Part shown: one piece after another, positions 10,795 through 20,086 of the stretch | Position numbering within the stretch: the first letter of the stretch is position 1 | How the letters are laid out: every line of letters begins with the position of its first letter | From: Tengunoibacter tsumagoiensis | GTDB lineage: Bacteria > Chloroflexota > Ktedonobacteria > Ktedonobacterales > Ktedonobacteraceae | Length of the DNA stretch: 64,000 nucleotides | Direction of reading: 5' to 3' | Assembly (NCBI RefSeq): GCF_003967535.1 | Contig: NZ_BIFR01000001.1 | Location: 113,493-177,492, forward strand | Position numbers and translations under genes: made by a program | Notes under the pieces: model-generated | Told to the model about the DNA's origin: nothing | Databases searched by the model: none | Seen by the model: only the letters and a program-made list of their open reading frames with translations

Positions 10795-11499
10795 ATGTTT
10801 ATCGGGAAGATTGTGAAGTCGGATTCACATATCAATTATGTTTGCCAGATCTATGGCCCGCGAGAAGTGGAGATCGAGCCCAACCCCGCCGATTATTCCT
10901 TCGGGCGTTTTGTACGGATTGCGATCCGCTCTAATCAGAACGAAGATCCCAATCTCGCGCTTGATTATGCTCTTGGGCTGAGCCAGGAACCAATAACCTA
11001 TGCCGTAGGGGTGATCTATGATACGATTCTGCTCAATCCGGCCTTTGGCTCGCTTGGCCCACGCCTCTCAAATGAGACGCAGGTGGAGCTCTTCTCCCCC
11101 GATTACATCTCTGAGAAGGCTGTTCTGATCTATATTATGGTCCTGGGCATGATGGAACAACGCCAGAGGCCCGATGGGGAGGCCGAACTGCTCTCCGTTA
11201 TGCATGGGGTCCCGCTGCTCTCGCTTGAATTAGGAAGCGAGATTGAGACGATGCATGATGATGAGGTCTGCGCTTTCCACTATTTTAGCGATACGACGAA
11301 TGCTGAAGCTGTCTCCGGTGAGCCCTATCTGCATATGGGCTATCTTCCACACATTATTGCTCAACGTAGCAGCTTGCTACCAATGGTGACCCTCCGGATT
11401 ATCGATCAATTAGAACGGCTCTTTCCACAAAATCTGGCGGTGCTTTCGATTGTAAAGCGAAATTTTGCCTGGCGACTAAAAGTGGAGACGACAGGTTAG
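10795..11499 (+). CDS. Hypothetical protein, upstream partner of the HerA-like ATPase. No recognisable domain
   Basis: The frame is open from 10750; 10795 was chosen for its AGAGGA RBS. The gene ends 15 bp before the ATPase start, which fits an operon. No P-loop, SIR2 or canonical PD-(D/E)xK motif was seen. Confidence 0.5.
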   Translation: MFIGKIVKSDSHINYVCQIYGPREVEIEPNPADYSFGRFVRIAIRSNQNEDPNLALDYALGLSQEPITYAVGVIYDTILLNPAFGSLGPRLSNETQVELFSPDYISEKAVLIYIMVLGMMEQRQRPDGEAELLSVMHGVPLLSLELGSEIETMHDDEVCAFHYFSDTTNAEAVSGEPYLHMGYLPHIIAQRSSLLPMVTLRIIDQLERLFPQNLAVLSIVKRNFAWRLKVETTG

Positions 11500-11514
11500 C
11501 AAAGGAACAGTCCA

Positions 11515-13239
11515 ATGATGATCAATCAGATCCGCCAGGCCGCTGCTCAGCCTCCACGTAAACCTGTGGGAATCACAAAGGGCCCTGGTGAATCTACTCA
11601 TGAATATACGTTTGTCTCACGCGATGATGAACAGGTGCTCAAAAACGGCGAATATGTCTACTATGAGCTGCTTGAAACGTCTCTGAATGGCGCTGGCCCG
11701 GTGGTTCGCCGCGTCCTCGGTCGGGTGCTCAAACGTGTTCCTCTACAGCTCTACCCCGATACGTTTCTGGGTGAGCCCGAGGTCTCTCCCACTGAGGTAG
11801 CTGCGATGGTGGGCTACAATGCCCATACCAATGAATTGTTCGAGCTGCATGTTGCAATTATGGGCTACTATGACCACTCCACTGGCTCGTTTATCAATCC
11901 CTGGATTCCGCCACAATCGGGCAAAAAAATTTATCTCGCCGATGATCAGATGCTGACGGAGATCCTTTCGCGCAAACAGAATGGGCAGCCAGGCTCGGCT
12001 ACGATTGGCTCTCTCTTGACGCGCGCTCCCGGGGCGGTGCCGATTGTGCTCTCCGTTAAGGATATTGTCAGTACCCATATGGCGATTATTGCTAGCACTG
12101 GCGCGGGTAAAAGCTATTTAGCAAGCGTTGTGATTGAGGAGCTGATGCAGCCGCAGAACAAGGCCTGTGTGCTGATCATTGATCCCCACGGCGAATACAG
12201 TACGCTGGATCAGATTGCTAATGCACGCCAGTTTACGGAAGAGGGGGATGGCCGCGGCAATAGCTATCAGGCCAATGTCCGCATCTACAAACCCGATCAG
12301 GTGAAGGTCCGCATCTCAACGCTGAATATTGGTGATATGCGCCAGCTCTTGCCTGAGATGACTGAAAAACAGCAATATCTGCTCAGTCGAGCGCTGCGCA
12401 AAGTTACTGAGGGGAAACGCGGGACTCCCTGGAGCGCCGCCGATCTCAAACAGGCCATTAAAGCCGTCTCACGTCAGAAGACCGATGAAGAGAGCGAAGG
12501 GGCCGACGATTCCAGTACGGTGCATGCTCTGACCTGGCGCGTGGAGCAACGCTTTGAACATAGCTTTACCTTTGATGATACACAGCATCTCGACCTCCCA
12601 GAAATCTTTAAGCCCGGTCAATGTACGGTCTTACAGCTCAATGAGATCGATGAACGCGATCAACAGGTCATCGTTGCAACTCTCTTGCGCCGCCTTAACC
12701 AGGCTCGTATGGATACTGAGCGCGGCAAAGTACAATCTGGCGAGTCGTATCTCCCCTATCCTGTCTTTGTGCTACTGGAAGAAGCTCATCACTTTGCCCC
12801 GGGTGGAACAGAGGTCGTCTCAACTGCTATTCTTAAGCAGGTCCTGGCTGAGGGCCGCAAATTTGGCATTGGGGTCGGTCTGATTAGCCAGCGACCAGGT
12901 AAACTGGATTCAGATGTGCTCAGCCAGTGTCAGACGCAATGTATTATGCGTATCGTGAATGAGATTGACCAGAAGAGTGTTGGCGCTGCCATTGAAGGTG
13001 TTGGACGTGACCTGCTCGATAACCTTCCAGCGCTCTCTAAGGGTCAGGTCATTGTTGCTGGTGCTGCGGTGAACACACCAGTTATCTGCCGTGTGCGAAC
13101 GCGCTATACTCCACATGGTGGTGAAAGTAAGGATGCTCCCGATCTCTGGCAGCGCTATTTTAGTCAGGAGACACAGGAGAGCCGTAAACGTACTGAGGCT
13201 CCGCTCAACGGAAATCGGGGCTTTAATCTGTTGAGGTAA
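11515..13239 (+). CDS. HerA/FtsK-superfamily ATPase (HerA-like, DUF87 type)
   Basis: An N-terminal beta-barrel region is followed by Walker A (IASTGAGKSYLASV) and Walker B (VFVLLEEAHHFAP), then the HerA-like GRKFGIGVGLISQRPGKLD segment. Confidence 0.8.
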   Translation: MMINQIRQAAAQPPRKPVGITKGPGESTHEYTFVSRDDEQVLKNGEYVYYELLETSLNGAGPVVRRVLGRVLKRVPLQLYPDTFLGEPEVSPTEVAAMVGYNAHTNELFELHVAIMGYYDHSTGSFINPWIPPQSGKKIYLADDQMLTEILSRKQNGQPGSATIGSLLTRAPGAVPIVLSVKDIVSTHMAIIASTGAGKSYLASVVIEELMQPQNKACVLIIDPHGEYSTLDQIANARQFTEEGDGRGNSYQANVRIYKPDQVKVRISTLNIGDMRQLLPEMTEKQQYLLSRALRKVTEGKRGTPWSAADLKQAIKAVSRQKTDEESEGADDSSTVHALTWRVEQRFEHSFTFDDTQHLDLPEIFKPGQCTVLQLNEIDERDQQVIVATLLRRLNQARMDTERGKVQSGESYLPYPVFVLLEEAHHFAPGGTEVVSTAILKQVLAEGRKFGIGVGLISQRPGKLDSDVLSQCQTQCIMRIVNEIDQKSVGAAIEGVGRDLLDNLPALSKGQVIVAGAAVNTPVICRVRTRYTPHGGESKDAPDLWQRYFSQETQESRKRTEAPLNGNRGFNLLR

Positions 13240-13241
13240 GG

Positions 13242-13607
13242 ATGTCTAAGCGTCTCTCGCTCGCTGTTCTGGCTCTTAGTGCTCTGGTGTCATGGGGCTG
13301 TATTCTTCTCTTTACACGCTTTGTTCCGCCCACGGCACCAGCGGCGCTACCATTTGTGTTTCTGTTCTTGTTCGTTGCGTTCATGAGTACTGGCACGCTC
13401 GTGATTTTTGTCTCAGGCCGCCGCCTCCTGGCACACTATGGCTATGGACTGCGGCTACGTTCTGCTCTGTATCAGAGCATCCTTGTTTCGTTTGTGCTGC
13501 TTCTGAACCTGCTTCTTCTGGCCTTATACAGTTGGAGCATTGTTAATGGTCTCCTCCTTCTGGCCGGTGGCGTTATTTTTGAGGTCTTATGGCTGGCTCG
13601 CAAGTAA
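13242..13607 (+). CDS. Small 4-TM membrane protein, third gene of the HerA cassette
   Basis: It starts 3 nt after the ATPase stop, has a GAGGTAAGG RBS and is almost entirely hydrophobic. Confidence 0.55.
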   Translation: MSKRLSLAVLALSALVSWGCILLFTRFVPPTAPAALPFVFLFLFVAFMSTGTLVIFVSGRRLLAHYGYGLRLRSALYQSILVSFVLLLNLLLLALYSWSIVNGLLLLAGGVIFEVLWLARK

Positions 13608-13665
13608 AAAAAACTGGAGACGGCTGCCCATAGCTGGCAAAACTATAAAAGATGGAAGGGCAGAG

Positions 13666-14583
13666 ATGCGCATTCTGATGATCCGACCCGGAGCGCTGGG
13701 GGATACGTTATTGGTGGTACCGATCTTACAGGCATTACAGGAGCAGTACGCGCCATGCGAGATTCTCTTCGTTGGAAATACAGCGCTCCTCCCACTCCTG
13801 CAAGCCACTGGCCCGGTCACAGCAACCTTTGACTATGAGGAGCCCCGCTGGGGCCGACTCTTTATTCCCCATCATATGACAACACGCCCTCTTCTGGCTG
13901 GATTGCCTGAGCAGATAGACTGGGCAATCTGCTGGCTTCAAGATACCGAAGGGGTCGTCGAGCGCAATCTCAGAGCCGCCGCTATTCCACGCGTGACTGT
14001 TGCTCCAGGAAAACCGGCGATGAACGATACGCTCCATTGCGTCGATCATCTGGCCCGAACGCTGGCTCTCCCCGGACTACTTTCACACCAACATGCCTAT
14101 CTAGCTGATTGCTTTCCTGGAGAGGAAGATCTACCGCTCCAAAGAGCTCAGATAGCAATACATCCCGGCAGTGGTGGCAAAGAAAAATGCTGGCCACCAG
14201 CCGCTTTTGCGCAGGTTATTACAGGACTATGGGAAAGAGAGAGAGCAGTCGTGCTCCTTGGTGGTCCGGCTGAACACGAACGGGTCTCGCTGCTCCAGGA
14301 GCTCTTGCCAGTTCCACCATTTCAAGGTGCTCTCACACTCTGGCTCAACCTGCCTCTGTTGCAGCTAGCTCAACAACTACGCCGGTGCTATTGCTATCTA
14401 GGGAACGATAGTGGCATTACACATCTGGCGGCCCTGTCAGGGCTTCCAACTATAGCGCTCTTTGGTCCCAGTAATCCACTGCACTGGCATCCAATCGGCC
14501 CGACCGTGACGATACTGGCCGCATCAGAGCTCAGCTCACTCTTGCCCACACAGGTTCTCAAACAGATAGCACTTTTTGGGTGA
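13666..14583 (+). CDS. Glycosyltransferase family 9 (heptosyltransferase-like)
   Basis: GNDSGITHLAALSGLPTIALFGPS matches the GT9 motif. The start was chosen at MRILMIRPG, which has a GGAAGGG RBS. Confidence 0.75.
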   Translation: MRILMIRPGALGDTLLVVPILQALQEQYAPCEILFVGNTALLPLLQATGPVTATFDYEEPRWGRLFIPHHMTTRPLLAGLPEQIDWAICWLQDTEGVVERNLRAAAIPRVTVAPGKPAMNDTLHCVDHLARTLALPGLLSHQHAYLADCFPGEEDLPLQRAQIAIHPGSGGKEKCWPPAAFAQVITGLWERERAVVLLGGPAEHERVSLLQELLPVPPFQGALTLWLNLPLLQLAQQLRRCYCYLGNDSGITHLAALSGLPTIALFGPSNPLHWHPIGPTVTILAASELSSLLPTQVLKQIALFG

Positions 14584-14706
14584 GACACAGCCATACATTT
14601 ACAGTTGCCACTCTATGACCTATACTCAAACTCAAACGAACGAGCTTATGACATTTTAACTCGCAATTGAAATGTGGCATAGATTGCAGTCAAGAGGAGC
14701 GAGACT

Positions 14707-15489
14707 ATGTTTAATAATCAGCCAGATCCCTCTACTCCTGTCCAGCAGCAACCTGGATCACAACAATGGACACCACATAGTGCTCCAACAGAGCGGTTTG
14801 TCCGCAAACCTATTGGGCCAGAACAACTTATTCGGCAGCCAGCCTCTCCCCTTCCCAAAAATCCTGTACAGAGAATGGGCCAGCTCTGGAAATCTGATCC
14901 TGCCTATAAAGTACTGTTCATTGCTATAGGAACTATTCTCCTCTCTGGTCTGGTTGGAGCAATTCTCCTCACCAGCTGGATTTTTTCATCAGCTCAGCCC
15001 TCATCCACCAATTCTGCAAGCGCTACAACGCCTGGAGCAAAAGTGTCTGTTGTCAGCCAGAACACGCCCACACCAGTTCCGACCGCGCAACCAACTCCCA
15101 TTCCAACTATTGTGCCTGCCATTCTTCCTACAACAGCTCCAACGGCCCCTCCTACCCCCACTCCAGATCCTAATACACCTCTCACTGTCGATTGCAATGG
15201 CCTGCCCGGTCAGGCCCAAAATAGAACCACGCTCTCGGTCAGCATTCATACCAACAAGCCAGGTGTAAGTGTGAAGCTTACGGTTATTTATAATGCCCTG
15301 CCAGGATTCTATAATAGCAGTACCGTAACTACCGACAGCCAGGGTAATGCCTCTGTCCCCTGGAAAATTGCAGTGCAAACTTTCCAGCATAACACAAAGG
15401 TTACCGCGACCGTTACCGCTATCGCACAATCAGCTACCGGGCAATCTGCCACCTCGCAGCCAATTAAGGTGCAAATTATTGTGAATTGA
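14707..15489 (+). CDS. Membrane-anchored Pro/Thr-rich surface protein
   Basis: AGAGGAG RBS. A single TM helix after a 75 aa cytoplasmic region is followed by a PT-rich linker (PTPVPTAQPTPIPT...) and a beta-rich C-terminal domain. Confidence 0.6.
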   Translation: MFNNQPDPSTPVQQQPGSQQWTPHSAPTERFVRKPIGPEQLIRQPASPLPKNPVQRMGQLWKSDPAYKVLFIAIGTILLSGLVGAILLTSWIFSSAQPSSTNSASATTPGAKVSVVSQNTPTPVPTAQPTPIPTIVPAILPTTAPTAPPTPTPDPNTPLTVDCNGLPGQAQNRTTLSVSIHTNKPGVSVKLTVIYNALPGFYNSSTVTTDSQGNASVPWKIAVQTFQHNTKVTATVTAIAQSATGQSATSQPIKVQIIVN

Positions 15490-15756
15490 ACAATGCCTCC
15501 TCCCTGTCAGAATGATCATTGCAGCAAGAAAGATGCCGGATGGCTCACAGAATGGCAGTTTTTCTTGCATGTATGACAGGCAATAGAGCTTCATTTGCTC
15601 CTGCTAACAGGTGAGAGAGGCATGTTTTCAAACGTATAAAGTATAGCGCATAAAGTATCATGTAGAAATTTTACGGTGCAATACGATAGATAATTGATAA
15701 TTCTTAGACATTGGCTGGCAATGACCTCTTATGAAAAGTTGTCACAAGGAAGAAAT

Positions 15757-16722
15757 ATGCCGCAAATAGAAGATATTCGTAATACTCAGAGCATCCAGAG
15801 TGCAGTCAACGCTGTTCGACATAATATCGCACAGGTCATCGTTGGAAAAGAGGAGGTCGTCGATCTCCTGATCGTTGCACTCCTCTGTGAGGGTCATGTT
15901 CTGTTCGAAGACGTTCCGGGCATTGGCAAAACGACCCTGGCTAAAACTCTGGCAAAATCTCTGGGATGCACATTTCAACGGATCCAGTTTACACCTGACC
16001 TCCTGCCATCCGATATCACTGGCATCACTTTCTATAACCAGAAACAGGGCGAATTTGAATTTCGGCCCGGCCCTCTCCTGACGCAAATAGTTCTGGCAGA
16101 TGAGATCAACCGCGCCACTCCTCGTACGCAATCAGCATTGCTCGAGGCGATGGAAGAACGCCAGATCAGTATCGAACGCGAGACGCTCCCTCTTCCCAGA
16201 CCTTTCCTGGTTATTGCCACCCAGAATCCAGTCGAGCTCGAAGGCACGTTTCCCCTTCCTGAAGCGCAACTTGACCGCTTTCTCATGCGCGTTCGCCTGA
16301 ATTATCCAACCAGACAGGAAGAACGCTTGATTTTACAACGCTTCCGTGAGGAGCAGCCGCTTGCAGAGCTGAAGCCAGTCCTCTCAGCTGAAAGTCTTCT
16401 GAGCTTACAGAGCCTGATCCGCAAAGTCCATATCAGTGAAGGGATAGAGAACTATATCGTAGATCTTGTACAGGAGACACGTACACATGATGGAGTCGAA
16501 CTTGGCGTCAGCCCACGCGGAACACTGGCACTCTGCCGGGCCAGTCAGGCCTATGCAGCGATTCAAGGACGCAGCTATGTCCTGCCCGATGATGTCAAAC
16601 GCCTCGCCATCCCTGTTCTCGCCCATCGTATGATTGCCACCAATCAATCGCGCTTGCATGGACATGGGATGGAGCTTCTCATTGAGAGTGTATTACAGAC
16701 AGTGCCTGTGCCGGTGGAATAA
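15757..16722 (+). CDS. MoxR-family AAA+ ATPase
   Basis: LFEDVPGIGKTTLAKTLA Walker A and LADEINRATP Walker B/sensor. Confidence 0.9.
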   Translation: MPQIEDIRNTQSIQSAVNAVRHNIAQVIVGKEEVVDLLIVALLCEGHVLFEDVPGIGKTTLAKTLAKSLGCTFQRIQFTPDLLPSDITGITFYNQKQGEFEFRPGPLLTQIVLADEINRATPRTQSALLEAMEERQISIERETLPLPRPFLVIATQNPVELEGTFPLPEAQLDRFLMRVRLNYPTRQEERLILQRFREEQPLAELKPVLSAESLLSLQSLIRKVHISEGIENYIVDLVQETRTHDGVELGVSPRGTLALCRASQAYAAIQGRSYVLPDDVKRLAIPVLAHRMIATNQSRLHGHGMELLIESVLQTVPVPVE

Positions 16723-18119
16723 TGCGAAATCAGAATCGTATCAATCTTCGCTCTGGCCAGCAGGCATCAACGACGCACAAAAAATACGCACTCCTGACCT
16801 CTTCAAAAGGAGATAAGCTCGATCGCCGACTCTACTTAGTCGGCCTCGTTATCCTTCTGTTGGGTATACTGATCAAGCAGCCAATTCTTCTGATAGGAGG
16901 AAGCCTGCTGACCCTGATCCTGGGTATCACCGATCTCTGGTCCCATTTTAGTCTACACAATCTGGCTTATCAGCGTGAGATCAGTGAACAACGCCTGCTC
17001 TTTGGGGAAGAAGTAATGCTAGATCTCACCGTGGAGAATATAAAACTCTTGCCATTGCCCTGGTTAGAACTGGAGGAAAGGCTACCACGCGACTTAACCT
17101 TGAAAGAGCAGAAGGTCCGTACGGGCAGCAGCAGCTATCAGGTTACCCTGAATGCCCTCTTTCATCTCTCCTGGTACGAGCGCGTCACGCGACGTTATAC
17201 CCTTCAAGGCACCACACGTGGCATCCATATCTTTGGCCCAACAACTCTGCATAGCGGCGATGGCTTTGGCTTTCTCAAGCGCGAAGGGCATCTGAACAAC
17301 GAACAATTCATACTGGTCTATCCACTCATTCTTCCGCTAACCAGTTTTCACCTTCCAGCTCGCCATCCCTTTGGCGATCATCGCTCACAGCAACGGTTAA
17401 TCGAGGACCCATCGCGTGTCGTTGGAGTACGCGAATATGCCTACGGCGATAGTCTACGAAGAGTCGATTGGAAAGCGACAGCACGTACGCTCACCATGCA
17501 GAGCAAAATTTATGAATCGACAACAACATATACAATCGCTATCTTTCTCAATGTCACTTTGCAACTGGATGTACACTATGGTTTCTATCCAGAGCTACGC
17601 GAGCTCTGTATCAGCGCAGCAGCCTCGATCGCCGATTGGAGCATCAATCAGGGCTATGCAGTTGGCCTGTATGTGAATACAGTCCCTTATCAACCCGAAG
17701 AAAAGCCCTGGAAGCTTAACCAGAGCCCGGAACAGATACTTCGAGAACGCCGTATTCGCATCCCTGCCGCCAGTACAGAAGAGCAACGCACACGTATCTT
17801 AGAGATGCTTGCTCGTATTCAAAATACGCAGGGCTGTACGCTAGATGAGCTCATCCTTTCCGAACGCTCCAACCTCTTAGCTGGCACGACTGCTCTCATC
17901 ATTACCAGCACTATTAACGAAAAGCTCCTGGATGCCATCCTTCACCTGCGCCGCCATGGAAACGCCGTTGCCCTTCTTTATGCAGGCGAGCAGCCATCGT
18001 TACTGAAGATGGCAGGAGTCACTGTCTACCATATTGGCACGACAGAGACCTGGAAGCAATGTGTGCGCACTTCCTTACAAGAGAGCTCTCCGTTAGAGAG
18101 ACCGACATTTCAGTTTTGA
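16722..18119 (+). CDS. DUF58 protein (MoxR partner)
   Basis: Its ATG overlaps the MoxR stop (TAATG). The DUF58 hallmark RRVDWKATART is present, along with N-terminal TM helices. Confidence 0.8.
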   Translation: MRNQNRINLRSGQQASTTHKKYALLTSSKGDKLDRRLYLVGLVILLLGILIKQPILLIGGSLLTLILGITDLWSHFSLHNLAYQREISEQRLLFGEEVMLDLTVENIKLLPLPWLELEERLPRDLTLKEQKVRTGSSSYQVTLNALFHLSWYERVTRRYTLQGTTRGIHIFGPTTLHSGDGFGFLKREGHLNNEQFILVYPLILPLTSFHLPARHPFGDHRSQQRLIEDPSRVVGVREYAYGDSLRRVDWKATARTLTMQSKIYESTTTYTIAIFLNVTLQLDVHYGFYPELRELCISAAASIADWSINQGYAVGLYVNTVPYQPEEKPWKLNQSPEQILRERRIRIPAASTEEQRTRILEMLARIQNTQGCTLDELILSERSNLLAGTTALIITSTINEKLLDAILHLRRHGNAVALLYAGEQPSLLKMAGVTVYHIGTTETWKQCVRTSLQESSPLERPTFQF

Positions 18120-18425
18120 TGCTGAATGGCCGCTTCTTCTCACATTCTTGTAGAATAGAGGTCTGAGGATGGAAAAACCCTGGCTGTATATCAAACTTGT
18201 TTGACTTTTAGAAGTATTGATGATACAAATTAAAAGACTTGAGCTTTGCTGTCTAGCACACCAGAGCACGCTTGAAGCACAAAGGAGTTAAACGCAGCGG
18301 TCACTGAAGACTGCTGGTGTGAAGTGACTCAAAGTACTGTGAATGGGAAGCGGCTACCACCTGAAGTGCTTGTTTATTTTTCACTGTATGAAGAAGAGGG
18401 GCGTTTATCGTCTCTCGCAGCACCT

Positions 18426-19613
18426 ATGAGGACAATGTTTATGGCTGAAATAGCACGTGGATTACGCAATGTTGTTCTAACCGAGACACGCCTGTCAATG
18501 ATTGATGGAGAAGTTGGAAAACTGATCATTGCTGGCTTCCCACTGGAAGAACTTGCTCCCCATGCAACCTTTGAAGAGGTTCTCTACTTATTATGGCATG
18601 ATCGACTCCCTAATGCAGACGAGCTGACGACTTTTACGCAGCAGCTAAGCGCGAATCGCTCTTTGCCCGAGACAACATTGACCGTCTTGCAGGTCGCTGC
18701 CCAGAACAAACTTCCATTAATGGATGCCTTACGTATGGGAGTTGATACGCTAAGTCTGGTTGATCCTGAGCCTGAGGCGACATCAATTGAGGCCAATCTC
18801 CGACGCGCCAGCCGCCTTCTGGCTCACTTCCCCACGATTGTTGCCTCCTACTGGCGATTGCTTCATGGTCAGGAACCTGTTACACCTCGCTCGGATCTCT
18901 CGCATGCAGCTAATTTCCTTTATATGGTGAATGGGCAGGTCCCTGAACCAGCGATTACCCGTGGCATGGAGACGTATCTCAATACCGTTGTGGATCATGG
19001 GATGAATGCTTCTACGTTTACGGCTCGCGTGATCGCCAGTACCCGATCAGATATGACCTCTGCCATCGTGGGGGCGATCGGTTCTTTGAAGGGCCCCTTA
19101 CATGGTGGGGCACCCGGTCCAGCAGCCGATATGGTGTTTGAGATTCGCGAACGAGCCGCCAGATCTGGTCGCAGTGTGGCTGAGGAGGCGAAAGATTGGG
19201 CTACAGCCAAACTGCAATCAAAAGAGCGCATTATGGGCTTTGGTCATCGCGTCTATCGTGTCCGCGACCCTCGTGCTGATGTCTTAGGTGGCGCTGTAAG
19301 ACAGCTCTTTCAACAGACTGGTGGATTGGACTTCTATAACGATGCTCGAGCCGTTGAGGATGCTATGCTACAGGCATTAGAGGAATACAAACCAGGCTTG
19401 CGCATCAAAACAAATGTGGAGTTCTATACCGCTCTGATTCTCCATGGCATTGGCTTAGAGCCTGAGATTTTTTCACCCGTCTTCGCTATCTCACGAGTAG
19501 GTGGCTGGGTCGCCCATATTCTGGAACAATATGCCGAAGATGAGTTGATTCGCCCCACGACCAATTACAATGGCGCCTACGATCGCAAATGGGTCCCCCT
19601 TGCCGAACGCTAA
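18426..19613 (+). CDS. Citrate synthase family protein
   Basis: GFGHRVYRVRDPRA signature. The start at 18426 was chosen by alignment with the typical CS N-terminus; the open frame begins at 18324. Confidence 0.9.
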   Translation: MRTMFMAEIARGLRNVVLTETRLSMIDGEVGKLIIAGFPLEELAPHATFEEVLYLLWHDRLPNADELTTFTQQLSANRSLPETTLTVLQVAAQNKLPLMDALRMGVDTLSLVDPEPEATSIEANLRRASRLLAHFPTIVASYWRLLHGQEPVTPRSDLSHAANFLYMVNGQVPEPAITRGMETYLNTVVDHGMNASTFTARVIASTRSDMTSAIVGAIGSLKGPLHGGAPGPAADMVFEIRERAARSGRSVAEEAKDWATAKLQSKERIMGFGHRVYRVRDPRADVLGGAVRQLFQQTGGLDFYNDARAVEDAMLQALEEYKPGLRIKTNVEFYTALILHGIGLEPEIFSPVFAISRVGGWVAHILEQYAEDELIRPTTNYNGAYDRKWVPLAER

Positions 19614-19709
19614 TGCAGGCGTTTGCCTCTTTAACGAGGCACAGTAACGAGGCATATTTTTGGCCCTCTCTCCTTCCGAGGGACAAAGAATGAATGGGGA
19701 CGTTCACGG

Positions 19710-20060
19710 CCATCATGAATGATGGGCACGACACCATTATGCAATACATCGCACCTCATAAAGCGATTTATCGCATAAACGTGTAAGGCCCATCATTCAT
19801 GATGGCCGCCGTGACCCACTCCACCCTGTTCCCCATCTCACACAATACATCGCACCCCATAAAGCGATTTATCGCACAATCATGTCGGGCCCATCATTCA
19901 TGATGGCCGCCGTGACCCATTCCACCCAGTTCCCCATCTCACACAATACATCGCACCCCATAAAGCGATTTATCGCACAAACGCGTAAGGCCCATCATTC
20001 ATGATGGCCGCCGTGACCCATTCCACCCCCTTCACACAATACATTACAACCCCATAAGGC
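19710..20060. repeat. 101-bp tandem repeat, about 3.5 copies, between convergent genes
   Basis: Units begin at roughly 19710, 19790, 19891 and 19992. Each starts with the palindrome CCATCATTCATGATGG and contains GCGATTTATCGC. Copies are more than 90% identical. Confidence 0.85.
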
Positions 20061-20086
20061 TACATCCTCTTTGTCCGTCTCACTTT

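Noticed and set aside
19710-20060. Possible CRISPR array
   Set aside because: Units are about 101 bp and near-identical across their full length. There are no unique spacers between short repeats, so it is called a tandem repeat instead.
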